A DNA stretch of 57,101 nt from Chiloscyllium plagiosum. Taxonomy: Eukaryota. This document shows positions 25,896 through 39,500 of this stretch, piece by piece (position 1 is the stretch's first letter; each line of letters starts with the position of its first letter). The stretch spans positions 36,978,584-37,035,684 of the forward strand of contig NC_057718.1 of the NCBI RefSeq assembly GCF_004010195.1, written 5' to 3'. The notes under the pieces were generated by a model. That model was not told the origin of the DNA. It did no database searches and saw only the letters and a program-made list of their open reading frames with translations. The position numbers and the translations under genes were made by a program.

Positions 25896-26922
25896 TATTT
25901 TGTGGAATCCTGTGCATCTTCTAAAAGTTCACTTGAGAATGTCGTTAGTGGAACTGTTGGAGTGGGTCATGCGATGTACAGAGTGAGAGGAAGGATCTAA
26001 AGCAGGAAAATAAAGGATAGAAGCTTAAGAAATTTTATTTAGCTGCAGGAAATAGATCCTGGTCCACAAGCTGAATCTGGGGGTCCTGGAAAAGCTGACG
26101 GGATATCAGACTTTGGACCTGACATACATCTGCATAAACAAACACATTCTCCAGTGAATATCTCTAGACAGCTCCTCAGAGAAGATCATTGGAGGTTCTG
26201 GGTCCTGTGTTGCCAAGAATAACAGTCAAATGACTCTTACAATAGTGGCATAACTGGGAGTTAAGGTGGTGATCAAGAGAGGGAAAAGGTAATGATCAGA
26301 AAGCCAAGGCAGTGAACAGGATTTAATATGTGTCCTGGCCAGAAATGGTCCATGGTTTTAATGCAAGACAGAGACTGATAATCCAGAGAAATTAGACATT
26401 AGCAGATTTTACTGAAATGTCTTGTTATAATGGTAGTGGATAATAGACTGTCTGCCTTCTGTAAAACCAGGCTGATATGAGGCCTACCAATGGTCTTTAA
26501 GAGGCCATATTAGCCTACTGCTTTCTCTACATTGATACAATAAATACAAATCAAAAGTAACTTCTGCCATTGAACACCCTTGAAGATCCTGAGATCATGA
26601 AAGGGATTTTATGAACAGAAGTGCTTTTTTTAATGGCACCAGGTGATCATGTCGCAGCTAACTTGGCATGAAACAAATTACATTCTTCAAAGGGGTAACT
26701 TGCAACGTCACTTCCTGGTGTAATCTAGTACAACAGATAGTCTGCCATTGTAGAAACCTCCATTCCATCTATAACATCCTGTTGCCTATTAAAGCACCAC
26801 CCACAGCAATATTGCATTGATTTCAAGGGATAGAAACTCAGACAGTGTCATTATGGTGAGCTATTCCCATTCCCTCCACCCAGGTTATTATTGTCAGCTA
26901 GAGGAGTTGTAATTACCACCTA

Positions 26923-27132
26923 CAGGTAGTTTGTCTATAATGCATTCCTGTGCAACTCCGCATTATTGAAAAATCATGCTTTAGAAATAGTGCTCGAAGT
27001 GTTGGCAATGTAATCATGTTATGGCCAAAATACGTTTTAAAAGTTTGAGTTTTAGAAACAGTGTTCCCAATTCACCAATTGCGTTACGGCGAATTCGACT
27101 TAATGAGACATGCGTTATAACAGAACGACCTG
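26923..27132. mobile_element. Tc1/mariner-type MITE (MER6-like), copy 2, inverted relative to copy 1
   Basis: TA|CAGGTAGTTTGTCTATAATGCA ... TGCGTTATAACAGAACGACCTG|TA; the interior is a reverse-complement homolog of 25695-25895. Confidence 0.8.
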
Positions 27133-29829
27133 TATTCACTGTGTGAAAACTGAAAGCAGGATCTCTTGTGGATGTGTGCCAAATGCAAAGGTTTATGTAT
27201 GCTAAAAACAAGTAGATAAAACAGGCAATATAGTTAAACAGCTCAGAGCACTTATCTCAACTTGGCCCGTGGCTTATAGGAGTATACATGTAGAGTAAGG
27301 AACTCAAATATTGTTAGCCAATGGAGTTTTGTTGAATAAATAACAAATAAATGAAGTATTTTGCTTATCAATATTTTAGAATCAGCTCAGGAAACAACTA
27401 AGAGGATTGAATTACTGCTGACTTGCTAAGGTTTAATTTCTCCTGATTATCAGACTTTGTTTTGATTGCTTTGTCCAAAGTGGAAACACAGGTAATAAAC
27501 TGAGAAGTAACTTAAATACATTTAAAAATTGAGGAATGTGCTCAAAGCAGCCTCCTCATAATGATAATGCTGACTCCCTTGACTTCATCAATCACCAGCA
27601 GCTGCTATTTAGCTCACCGTTTCTCTTCCTCAACTGCTCATTTGGGATGGAAATGGGAGGCAGCTTCATTCCTTGGTTCATGAGCTTAAACCCAATCCAT
27701 TATAGATTAGAGATCGGAGGGAGGTAACATTGATTCTGAATCGTTCAGTCAGTGGTTAGAGTCAACTGGAGTATTGTACTCTTGACGGACAGATGAGTTT
27801 TGCTGAGCAATCCTCTTGCAATCGGATTAGTTCTGGATAATTACAGAAACATTATTATCCTGCAGTGCCTCCTTACACCGATTATGTCATCCAAGAACAT
27901 TTTTGCTGACATGTTAGTGTCAACACTCTGTCAAAATGCATGGAGTGTGCAGAGTAGAAGGAGAGACAGAGCTGCTTTAAGTTGGCCTACAATCCCATTT
28001 ACCCTCCTGGGAAGGTTAGCAGTAAAACCTGGGGCCCACCAGCAGCTACTGGAAACTGCTGTGGAATAAATCAAAACACAAACTTTTATTTCTGCACTTT
28101 AGTATTCCTCTTTGTTTGAGAAAGCCATTGACGAAAAAGCTGCTTTACCTCAAAAAGAAATAAAAGATGTCCATCTTCTCCTCAGGAAATAGCTCTTGCT
28201 GCTTTAGGCTATATTTGGCAGGCCACAGGGACCATCATGGCTTTTCTGGACTTCCTCCTTGATCATGTGCAGGATTATGCAATAAGGCTTAATATCTTTG
28301 CACTGACATGTTTTTATAATCATTACACAAAAGCTTTCTGCTCTCAGGATATGTTTTGTTGGCATCTGTCAAAGGAGTTAGTTGTATGGTAGTCAAAGGT
28401 AACAACTGTAATCCATTAAATTTGCTTGCCTTGAAAACAGATTGAAAAAGATATTAGATTGGAGTACAATTCCTCACCGTGTATCTTGATACATTTACTG
28501 TAACTGTGATATTATACGTGTCTATCTGTATATTTGTGCTCCTTCATCGCAAGCCATAAACCGTAAATAGCATGAAATAAAAAAAAGTGAAAACCGAGAG
28601 AAAAAAAATTAAGAATAATGTTATTATTATGTCAAATGTCATAGTAGTACACAAGTGCTCCTGAGATAGGCAGAAATGTAATTCATTCTTAGCAAAATGG
28701 CAAGCGACCAGTAGCTCAGGTTATGAATTGCTTTGCAAATTAAAGAGACAGCCTCTTGGCAAAAATGTATTTTCAGTGCTTGAGCCGGCATCATTGAGAT
28801 GCTGATAGTAGATCTCAGCAATGTAGCTGGAAACACAGAGGGCTGAATTTAATTCTTTCTATAGCTTTGCCTTTCCCCTCTCAATTTTCATCCTTTTCTT
28901 TCCCAGGAGTTGCTAAGTCACCACAAGTGACCATAGTTCTCTGGGGCTATGCCAATTGGCCAGTCGTTAGGTGTGAATGAATCAAAGACCAGGAAGTTGG
29001 TTGAAGCTTGCTTCACTCCTCTGTTAGAGCTTTCTTAGAAGGGAAGTGGCAACCAGACTTACCATAATGACTTACATTTATATGCTGCCTTTAATACAGT
29101 GCTTCACAGAATCAAAGCTTTACAAGTTCTGGTATATGTCCGATGTTTATTCCTCCAGAATAGTGGGAGTAGCTCCAAGGGGATTCCCGCCAAACTATTA
29201 AGAGGCTTTTCAATTCCATCATAGGTGAGTCCAATGCTCTCTTCAATTGACATTCACTTTCCGGCAAGAGGCACTGGATGCCAATTGTGAGTGGGTATCT
29301 TGGTTTATCTGTATCCTTTTGATATCAATATCAATTTGATTGACCAACAGCTCTTCAACATAGAGCTACCTGCAGTTAGAAGTCTTACCTTGAGCCAATG
29401 CATAGTCCAATGGCTGTTAAATAGTGATAGGGCACCAAGCAAGCAGAGCTGCCCAGTTCATGCCTGACTTTATGTCTGGTGGTGGGAGCTAGAGGTAAAG
29501 GGATGCTGGTAAGTAACAAGGCCACAAACAATGTATGACCTTCCAGCTGCTTTGCATTGTTTTCATGTAGGTTTCAACTTTCACACACTTAGGAAAAAGT
29601 GCAGGTGCTTAAAGGTGACACGTGGATAAGCTTGTTTGGATATTTTATATTGTGATTGGTATTATAGGCAAAGTGTTGGAGAAGAACTGACTTTCTGGAA
29701 ACCTAGTTCTTCCTTTCTTCTAAATGATTTTCTGGACATAATAATATCGTTATTCTTAATATTTTTCTCTCTTTTCACGATCATTTTTTATTTATTTTAT
29801 GCTGTTTACGTTTTTATCCTAATGGAGGT

Positions 29830-30145
29830 GAGGGCTGAGGGGGTAGATACTGAGAGGCTGTTACCCTGGCTGTGAGTCTACAGTTTCCAAATAATGGGTC
29901 AGCTGTTTTGGACTAAGATGAGGAGAGGTTTCATCGCTGACAGGATTGACTCTTTGGAATTCTCTGTATCACATCGAGCTTTGGATGTTCTGATGTAGAC
30001 TATATTGATATTGATAAATATTTGGACTCAAAGAGAATCATGGTTGGGTAGGGAAATTGGATTTCCAGATCAGCCATGGTCTCATTGGATGATAGAGCAG
30101 GCTAGAGGACTGTATATCTACTCCAGGCCTGTTTCTTATTTCCTC
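29830..30145 (+). mobile_element. Old CR1 LINE 3' fragment
   Basis: GGGGTAGATACTGAGAGGCTGTT...GATCAGCCATGGTCTCATTGGATGATAGAGCAGGC tail. Confidence 0.75.
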
Positions 30146-30277
30146 ATCTGATCCACAAGCGAAAGGTCATATGGACTTGCCAAACCTGCTCCACAGCACA
30201 AACTAATGCTGCTCTGAAACCAGCTGCCAGATATTTTGAATGAAAAAATCTCAAGATGGTTTATGGATTATCTCTTT

Positions 30278-30420
30278 ATGGTCAGCATGGACTGGTTGGA
30301 CCATAGGGTCTGTTTCCATGCTGTATGACTCTATGATAAAGCGGAGAAAGTGAGCACTGCAGATGCTGGTGATCAGAGCTTAAAAATGTGTTGCTGGAAA
30401 AGCGCAGCAGGTCAGGCAGA
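30278..30420. mobile_element. HER1/HE1 tail fragment (+) abutting a Penelope terminal fragment (-)
   Basis: GGTCAGCATGGACTGGTTGG...ATGACTCTATGA, then ACTGCAGATGCTGG...GCTGGAAAAGCGCAGCAGGTCAGGCAG. Confidence 0.7.
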
Positions 30421-30846
30421 TGTGTTTTCAATCTTTTTCTCCTGCCAAAGAAAAATGTCAGATATCTCTCTGAAACTGAACTGCAATGAAAAAGGTAGGT
30501 GCTAGTGTAATGTCAAACTACATCCTTCCTTCAGGCAGACTATGATACACTGCCACACACTGCTGCTGAATGTTGGCAATGGTGACCATGTCCAACCTTA
30601 CTCTGCTGAAAACGTGGCAAACCATTTGGTAAACAAACCACACAATTCTCATCTGCATCCAAGTCAATGTTAAACATGTAAGATTATGTTTAATGGGTGT
30701 GCCACTGCTAGTTTGCCTAGTGGATTTTTATACTGAGCAACAATCATTTTTAGAATGGAATAAAAGGGAATCCAAACTTGCTTTTGTAGTTCTTTGTGTA
30801 TTTCAGTTCTTCCTATGATATCCACTGAAAATCTAGCTGGAGAATA

Positions 30847-31743
30847 TGTTATGGTGTAAGCTTGAAATGTGTAACTGATAAGGGACACTCTGAAGTAAAA
30901 TATAATTTATAAGGACAACAAATCATTTTATTTGAAACAAACTGGAAAAGGTAATTTGGACTGTGATGCTGCAGGGAATGAGTAAGTTGGTGGTTTTTAT
31001 AACTCAAAATATAAGTGGAACAGTGTGGTCTTATTGATAACACAAGAGTTTGTAACATTTGGAGAAGCTGGGTTTGATACTTTGGGTGAGACGAGATGGC
31101 ACCACTTGCCTTTGGGTTTAAATAAAAAGAAACTGTTCAGCAACCACTTTTGTGTGGGTTTTAAGTGGCAGTACTTTGTCACAGAACTGGGAGCAGCTGA
31201 ACTCAAATTTCCAAAAGTTACAAAGCCAGAGCAGATCTGTCTCTCTCTCTTGATCCCTCTCTATGAGTAAAGAAAGCCAGCACTAAAACAGTCAGAGAAG
31301 AAGAATTTTTTATTAAATAGAGGGTGGTCACAGTCAACCACAATGCGCTATCACTGCCAAATACCTAATGAACTCACCATCCTCATAGTTTCAACACTTC
31401 ACCTACATGATTTGTTCCTTGTTGTCTATATTTTTTAATATTGTTGAAAAACTGTCTATTAATTTATTAATAAAAATGTGTTGGATTTAAAGGGGTATTA
31501 GTTTAAATTTGCATAGCTGTAGTTAGCAATCCATTTTATCACATCTTATAGGATAGAAAGTAAGATTTTGATTATTTCTTTATTGCTGAAACCCGATGGA
31601 ATTTCTTTCATCTTAGATAGTAGTCAGAGTTAAACAAATTAATCATTCTATTGGTTTAAATTGCTTACTTCCACATTTGTGACATCTTATTTACTTAAGT
31701 AAAGCTTGGTTTCCAGTGTCCTCTTCCCATCAGGGTCATGACC
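30847..31743 (+). mobile_element. Candidate solo LTR
   Basis: Begins TGTTATG and ends CATGAC(C), an imperfect inverted pair; internal AATAAA; no TSD seen. Confidence 0.4.
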
Positions 31744-33082
31744 CTCCACTGGAACCATTTGCACTTTCTACTTGTCTCACAAAGTTATCAAAGACTTCAG
31801 TTAACACTTCAGGTTTGTTTACTGCATTCTGGCCCAGTTGTATTATAATTTTAAACTCAGTTGTATTGTAAATTTAATCTGTAATTTGCAGCATAGAACA
31901 GTTAAGCTTTCTGTAGCTAATTCCAAACATCATTAGAGAAATTGTCCCTGTTCATTGGCTTAATGGCAGAATCAGAAGGTGCTAACTTCAGGCTAATCAC
32001 ATCTTCTTCTATAAATAGTGACAAATACAGAAAACAATGGACATACAGGGGTGGTTACAAAGTAAGACATTTCTCTAGGAATTCATTTAATATAATTTGA
32101 ACATACAATTGCAGTTGAAAAATCTTTACTTTGTATCTGATTTAACTTGCAGATATGTTGTGAATTATTAATGGGAAGGTTGAGGACCTAAAATTGGCAT
32201 AATCCCACTTGATTGCTATTAAGTGACAGAGCAAGACTGCCAACTACCAGGAGCATGATTTACCTAATCCCATTATTGGGGTAGTTTTCATATTTGATAA
32301 CTGGCTTCAAGCAGTAGAAAAGCCTTCCTAGAAGACAGAACAGAAAATAAGAGCATTGCCAAACATGTCTATGTTCTGTGTTCTGTGTCACCTGGGATGG
32401 AGGAGGGTGGTGCGGGGACAGAAACGGTGACTTATTTCTAATGGCCTGAAGATCAAAGGGTAATCTTGTTTCTCCACAGGACCTGTATTCTGAATTAATT
32501 GAATCTTTCTGGGATCAATAACCTTTGTCTTTTATATTTCAGGAAGTTTTGAAATGTTCAGAATTAAATCAATTGAAAGAAAAAAGCCATCAGTACAGTG
32601 TTGGGATTACTGTTTACGCAGAGGATAAACACTAACATATATTGATTGAGTCTAACAGTCTGGGATGAACGTTCCAGAAATTTATCAAGGTGCCAATGTT
32701 GTGAAAGGTTCTCTCCGTGAGCTCTGGCCACTTTTCTCGCACAATGTTACACTGCTCACTTCATCATGCCTCACTCTCACACTGTCTTGCTATCAATGCT
32801 GGCTAAAACACTGGTAGGACTTTCGGGGTCTGTGACAGCAGGCAAGCTATTTAAACCCTAACTGTGCACCAATTCAAACTGATGCCAGGAATAGCAATTC
32901 ACAGTTGCAGTGCGTGAAGAATTGCCTCAGCGTTGGCTATAGAGGCAACTTGGCACCCCATCTTACTGACCTGGATCTGGAGATTCTGGTGAACACCAAG
33001 TCCCTTCTTTTGGTTCAGGTCTGCCAGAGGAAACCATGGCATAGACATTTTAAAGAGCCACCAGGAACTATGTGGTGCCCCT

Positions 33083-33299
33083 GGTCTGGTTTACTCAGTT
33101 GGTTGGAAGGATGGCTGGTTTGTGTTGCAGAGTGACACCAACAGAGTTGGTTCAATTCCTGCACCAGCTGAGGTTACCATGAAGGACTGTCCATCTCAGC
33201 CTTTCCCCTCACCTGATGCGTGGTGACCCTCAGGTTAAACCACTACCAGTTGTCTCTCTCTAATGAGAAAGCAGCCCAGTGGTCCAGTAGGTCTTTACC
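33083..33299 (+). mobile_element. tRNA-derived SINE (third family)
   Basis: TTACTCAGTTGG A-box, GGTTCAATTCC B-box, GAGGTTACCATGAAGGACT core; second copy at 55142-55330. Confidence 0.75.
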
Positions 33300-33329
33300 T
33301 GGATTGGCGCTGATCAGACAGGTTGTTTT

Positions 33330-33885
33330 GCCTCAGATGATGTTGAACATCTTTAGTATTGCTGGAGCTGCACTTATCCAGGCAAGTAGAGATATTCCAT
33401 CACACTCCTGACTTGTATTTGTGGATGGTCGTAGAATCATACAGTACAGAAGAAGCTCTTCCGCACATCAAGTCTGCATCCCACTTTCCAGCCTTGGTCT
33501 TGAATGTTATGACATTTCATGGTGAAAGTACTTTTGAGAAGCTTGGAGATGAGTTACTCACCATGGAATTGCTGAGCTGCGCTTAGCAATATTTATCTGG
33601 TTGGTCTGATTCCATTTCTCATCAAATATAAGACCCAGGATGCTTAGTGATGGAGTCAGCAACAGCAATGTTATTGTATGTCAAGGGGTAATAATTGGAT
33701 CTTTCTTGTTGGAGGTGGGTCATTGCCGAGCTGTTATGTGGTGCAGATGTTACTTGCGACTCATCACCCGAAGACTGAATGTTGACTAGGTCTTGCTGCA
33801 TTTGGGCACATACTGTTTCAGTGTCTAAGGAGTTGTGACTGCCACTGGACCTTGTACAATTATCAGCTAATTTCCCCAACTCTGA
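33330..33885 (-). mobile_element. CR1/L2-group LINE fragment containing an 89-bp CR1-tail insertion
   Basis: ORF 33622-33879 (LADNCT...QMQQDLVNIQ); insert at 33430-33518 flanked by ATGGT on both sides. Confidence 0.75.
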
Positions 33886-34610
33886 CAGATGTGATATAAA
33901 GTATGTTAGGTAATGATATGCAGCTATGACACAGTGATACTTATGTTAGCATAACATTAAAATAACATTTGGTCACATAGTACTGAAGAATTCAATGAAG
34001 TTTTATTACAACTCCTTTTACTTACATATGTTCAGTAGAGTCACAAGCACTTGCATATCTGGGCTTAAGCTAAACAATGTAAACTGTAGCAGACTTCCCT
34101 CTGTGAGCCATGGTGTAAGAGGACCATGCAGTAAGATGGAGACTGAGACATTAATGCCATTAGGTGAAATGCCATGATATGGTAATGAAATCATGAGCAT
34201 GTTCCTTTTAAAGGTATGTCATACATCCACATAAGATGGAAAACAACAACCCCTTTACCAAAGAAAAGAAATCCTAAACAGATGTGCATATGTTGTCAAG
34301 TCAAAAATTATACAGACATGTAAAAACAGAGATAACAAGATTATTAATTCAAACTTTGGCATAATGTTTTGGAGGTTTAATGACTCATCTTGATCTGATG
34401 ATTTTTTACCCTTCTGGTGAAGTTCGCTTTACCCTCAGCTGCCCTTGGCTGACAATTTGGTTGCCTGTTTGATAGTTGCTGTTGCTCAGCAACATCACAC
34501 AATCTTTATCAATGGAGTTTTCTTCTTTACTCTCTGCTTGTGACGTGATGTATTGAATATAAGTTGGTTTCTGTTCCTTCGTAATGTAGCACCATGATCT
34601 GTAATGACTT

Positions 34611-35129
34611 ACAGTCATAGAGTCACAGAGTTGGAACCAGAGCCTTCAGTCCAACCCATCCATCCTGCCCAGGTTTCCCAAACTAACCTGGCCCCATTTG
34701 TCTGTGTTTGGCCCATACCCTACTATTCATGTACCTGTCCAAATGCCTTTTAAATACTGTAACTGTACCTGCATCTACCACTTCCTCTGGCAGTTCATTC
34801 CACATATGCACCACTCTCTGTGTGAACAAGTTGCCTCTTGGGTCCCTTTTAAATCTTTCCCCTCTCACCTTAAACCTATGCCCTCTAGTTTTGAACTCCC
34901 CTACCTCAGAAAAGACCTTTGCTTCACCTTATCTATACCCTTCATGACTTAATAAACTTCTTTAAAGTCTCCCCTCAACTTCCTATGCTCCAGGGGAAAA
35001 TGTTCCAGCCTAGCTATGCTACCTCTGTAACTCAAAATCTCTAGTCTCAGTAAATCTTTTCTGCACCCTCTCCAATTTAATCATCCCCTTCCTATAGGCT
35101 GACCAGAACTGTACAAAGTACTCCAAAAG
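34611..35129 (-). mobile_element. CR1/HER1 LINE 3' fragment inserted in the Gypsy integrase
   Basis: ORF 34683-34868 (RGNLFTQRVVHMWNELPEEVVDAG); tail ACAGTCATAGAGTCACAGAG. Confidence 0.93.
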
Positions 35130-36296
35130 TTCATGTAATCTGGACTGATTACATTTTTTAGAAACATTTGCTGCTATCCAGGTATTTGTGACTGGATCTT
35201 TGATTCACACACTGTTGGTGTTACTTGAAAATCACACTGTTCATTACCTGCTCACTAATGGTGTATCTGTTTCATTCTCCTCTATCTTTGAGGAGGGCCA
35301 TTCTGTTGGTCCTTCATTCACATCAATGTTGGTGTGGTTTGAATCTCATGAATAGTTACAATGCTCAGATTGTTGTACATTGATGTCCTGTCACTGTTCA
35401 ACCATTGGTTCTACCAGGTAGAAAATTTTAAGGAGCCGGGTTGAACTTGCATATTGGCATTACAGTGTGATTGGAATTAAGGATTAGTTATATGGTTTGA
35501 GTAGGTTTGATCATGGAGCAACACTTGTTGAGATGCAAATCTTTTTGCATATGTCATGAGAATGCAATGACATTAGCTCCTGTATTAATTCTGGCTTCCA
35601 AGATGTGTTAATCCACCTTTGGGAGCAGGTACTGTTGATGGTTGCAAATGCTTTGGTGTGTGAGGTGAAGAATATGAAAGGATTGGTCATCTTCCAAAGA
35701 TTGCCTTTCAGTTTGTTGGTTGTATAGTTGAATGACTTTCGGAGCTGGCAGCATTGTGGTGTTGCACCACCTTGATGGCCACTTGCTTCTTATTCTAGGC
35801 TCTGATTTAACCATTACAACCAGATTTTCTGCACATGCATGTCTTGTCCTCTGGTGCCACAAGCAGTGCAGTTGTGAACTAACATGAGACAACCACTGGC
35901 TCGGTGTGACAAAACCCCATCCCTGACAGATCTGGCTGGTTTGGTGCATTTTGTTGACGACAGCCACAATGTTGCCTGTTACCCAAAGTGTGATATCGAT
36001 GTTGGCCTGCCACTTTGGTTTCCAGCTAGCATCTATCGGCCAGCAATGCATCTATGGTAAGGGCCCTTTCTCTTGCCCAGAAGACTCTTCCAGAAGGCTT
36101 TGCTTGATATAGAGGTAGTTAGGAACTTATTTAGCTGCTCTGTGAGTTCTTCCTCAATAAAATCACACTCATGCCCTTTTACTGTGGTATCAGATGGCAA
36201 TCTCATCAATAGACCTTGGGTTTCTGGCTGTATGGCACGAGTTGTGTTCTGTTAACCAGAAGTTGTTATGTACCTTGAGCTGATCCTCAGGTCTTA

Positions 36297-37112
36297 ATGT
36301 GGATAAATGTATGGTTATCCACTTTGGTGGCAAGAACAGGAAGGCAGATTACTACCTAAATGGAATCAATTTAGGTAAAGGGGCAGTACAGAGAGATCTG
36401 GGTGTTCTTGTACACCAGTCAATAAAGGTAAGCTTGCAGGTACAGCAGGTAGTGAAGAAGGCCAATAGCATGCTGGCCTTCATAACAAGAGGGATTGAGT
36501 ATAGAAGCAAAGAGGTTCTTCTGCAGCTGTCCAGGGCCCTGGTGAGACACACCTGGAGTAATGTGTGAAGTTCTGGTCTCCAAATTTGAGGAAAGATATT
36601 CTGGCTATTGAGGGAGTGCAGCATAGGTTCACGAGGTCAATTCCTGGAATGGCGGGATTACCTTACACTGAAAGACTGGAGCGACTGGGCTTGGATACCC
36701 TTGAGTTTAGAAGACTGAGAGGGGATCTGATTGAGACATATAAGATTATTAAAGGATTGGACACTCTGGAGGCAGGAAACATGTTTCCGCTGATGGGTGA
36801 GTGCTGAACCAGAGGACACAGCTTAAAAATACGGGGTAGACCATTTAGGACAGAGATGAGGAGAAACCTCTTCACCCAGAGAGTGGTGGCTGTGTGGAAT
36901 GCTCTGCCCCAGAGGGCGGTGGAGGCCAGTCTCGGGATTCATTTAAGAAAGAGTTGGATAGAGCTCTCAAGGATTGTGGAATCAAGGGTTATGGAGATAA
37001 GGCAGGAACAGGATACTGATTAAGGATGATCAGCCATGATCATATTGAATGGTGGTGCAGGCTTGAAGGGCAGAATGGCCTACTCCTGCACCTATTGTCT
37101 ATTGTCTATTGT
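36297..37112 (+). mobile_element. CR1 LINE 3' fragment inserted in the Gypsy gag
   Basis: ORFs 36299-36568 and 36565-36807; (CTATTGT)n tail; GTCTT at both junctions. Confidence 0.95.
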
Positions 37113-38670
37113 CTTCTCCATCTTCTCCAGATCTTTATTAATTCTCTGTAAGACTGGGTGCAATTATTCTATGAAGCTTTCTTTCCTTGGCCAGAGTAAA
37201 CAATATTATTAGATATCTTGTCTCAGGATCATTTGGGACTTGATCTGTGAATAAAGCTGCATTTGTTGCTCAGATTGTTGTGGTTCAATGGAGATTCCGT
37301 TCACTGTCCAATCCATAGTCAAATACTTGCCTTCCATTTCTTACTGCAGGTCTGTGGCTTTTGTTTCATTGAAGCAGAGCTCAGGGCATATTTGCTTCTT
37401 TCTTTGGCTTGGTTTGTTCTTCTTCCCTTTATTTTACTATTTTTGCTTCTATGTTAATTTATTTTCATGGTCGTTGTCTCTTAAGAAGTCTTGCTGAGTA
37501 AGACTTGCATTTTAATTGATAAAGGCATGTTGTAGCATGTTTCAGCTACTAGAGGGAGTTCACACCAACTAAATAATGATGATGTCACAATTTGGTACTA
37601 AATTGAAATTAAAAATGGCAGAACCAACTGATTACAGCACACAGGTAAGCTTCTCTAAGTTAGAAAATTACCTTTTTTATGCATAAACACAGTTTCTTTC
37701 AAGCAGAAAAGCTTCATTTTTAGACTGACAGTATCCTTTGTTAAATTAAAGCCTCTAGGAGGCCTTTTGGCTGCCAATTTTACCTTTAATCTGTAAGAAG
37801 CCTTTTGACGGCTATATCTTAACTTGTATGGTAGAAGCTAGCAGACTGAAGCAGGAGACTGAAATTTTTTTTATTATTGTGGTGTTGCTGTGATTGATGG
37901 GGACACACTCACTGTCTCATATGTCCTGCTTTGTTTCTTTATGTAATCTAGTGTCAGCATTAAGCACAATTAATAGGGTCATGTATGATACACATGATGG
38001 ATTCTGAGAGCATGCATAATAATCAAACCTCAGAACATGCATACCCTTTTCTATATGTGGAAAATTTTTCAACCCATGTGTAAGTCAACCCTTTGTTTCT
38101 GCTGGCCAGTTAGCAAATTTCTTGTTGCATTGTAAATAGTTTGTTATTTTGGAGCAGCGCATTGTAAACTGTTGACATTGGATAAACTCACATGAAACTC
38201 TTGCAGCCAAAAGGAAGAGAATTTCATCTCTAGCAATTTGGGCTGGTATCCCAGGAGTGAAAACATATCATTCTAACCCAATTCTTTATCCAGTCTCCAG
38301 AAACTTAATTTACTATTTAACACAAAAGTTTCACTGTTTCCATAATTTTCTTGCATATACAGGAAAATAACTAGGGCCCTAAGGCAGAAGTAGATTGGAA
38401 AGCTGCATAGTATAGAAAGCATGTTTCGCTGTTTGCTTTGCTTGGCAGGTTTAATTTTTCACTTATGTGCAGACAATAGGAACAGTTTCCTGCAGTCACC
38501 CACCAGCATGAAGGCATACGTGCAAATATTTACCTAAGTTGCAATTGCTTGACTCCACCTGATCCAATAGCAGGATCAGAAATGTTCAATTCCTCGCAAA
38601 AGGTCAACACTGGAGTGTATTAGTGACCTGTAGTCTCATCTTCTTGTACTCATTGGCAGTAGAAATTTAA

Positions 38671-38986
38671 GAAAGACTTGCATTCTTGCAGCAGTTTTCA
38701 CTACCATAGGCCATCTTAATGCATTTTACAGCCAACTCAGTATTTTTGTGCTCGAGACATTTCTGGAATGTAGGAAGTGTGGCATTTTAACAAGGCAAGT
38801 TCCCACAAATAGCAATGTGGTGATGACTACATCATTTTTATTTGGACTGTTGGTTGAGATATAAACAGAGGCCAAGTCACCAGAGATACCTCATCTCCAC
38901 TTCTTCAAAATGGTGCCGTAAAATTCACTGCATCTAAGGAAAGAAGAGACAAGGCCTCAGGTTAGCATTCCAATAGAAAGACAATG
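38671..38986 (-). mobile_element. DeuSINE (SacSINE1/AmnSINE1-like), 3' part
   Basis: Reverse complement of a Deu-domain-like CATTGCTATTTGTGGGAACTTGC...TTGGCTGTAAAATGC...AATGCAAGTCTTTC; the 5' part resumes at 41578. Confidence 0.75.
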
Positions 38987-39500
38987 CGCAAGATTTTAAT
39001 GCTGCCTCTGGTGACAAGCTTGGAGATAGTGGGTGCATCTAACAAGATGGGAAAATGCCAGATAGACTCCCCTGTTGTTTCCAGCTCTACCTGTTTATGA
39101 CTGAGGCTGAAAGAACTGTGAACAACCTTCCTTCCAGGGTGCTATTTAATGTCTTTGTATGGATAGGTAATGCCTACTTAAGAGTCTTAAGCAGGGGTCA
39201 GTGCTAGAGTGGCCACACAGCAAATCCAGAAAGCAACTGTTGTAGATCTGATTACAAGCACTCAAGGTGGACGGTGGGGGGAAGGGTGGGGGGGAGTGGT
39301 GGGGAATGGAGGTGGCAATGGGGTGATTAAATCATTCTCAGTGCCTAGTTGAAGGCCAAAGAATATCAATGTGTTGGTCAGGAAGGGAGTGTGTGAGCTC
39401 TGAAAGACCCCCCTCTGCCCTTGCCTCCAAACTCAATATTCACCTGCTGTCCACTTCTGCACCTTTGACCTCCAGTTCACCTCAGCATCCCGGAATTTTA

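Larger units (their letters stand above)
33890..37337 (-). mobile_element. Decayed, internally deleted Gypsy LTR retrotransposon (gag, protease, integrase C-terminus, PPT, 3' LTR)
   Basis: gag start MEGKYLTMDW at 37337; YSQKP.SIDE..HSKGHECDF; knuckle-like CTACGTRG; protease ARINTGANV; integrase end IKDPVTNTW...VITDHGATLRRNRNQL; PPT AAAGGGG before an LTR at 33890-34248 (TG...CA). Confidence 0.8.

Noticed and set aside
35608..36051. 147-aa ORF as a novel protein
   Set aside because: It lies inside the decayed Gypsy gag region and mostly reads an alternative frame.
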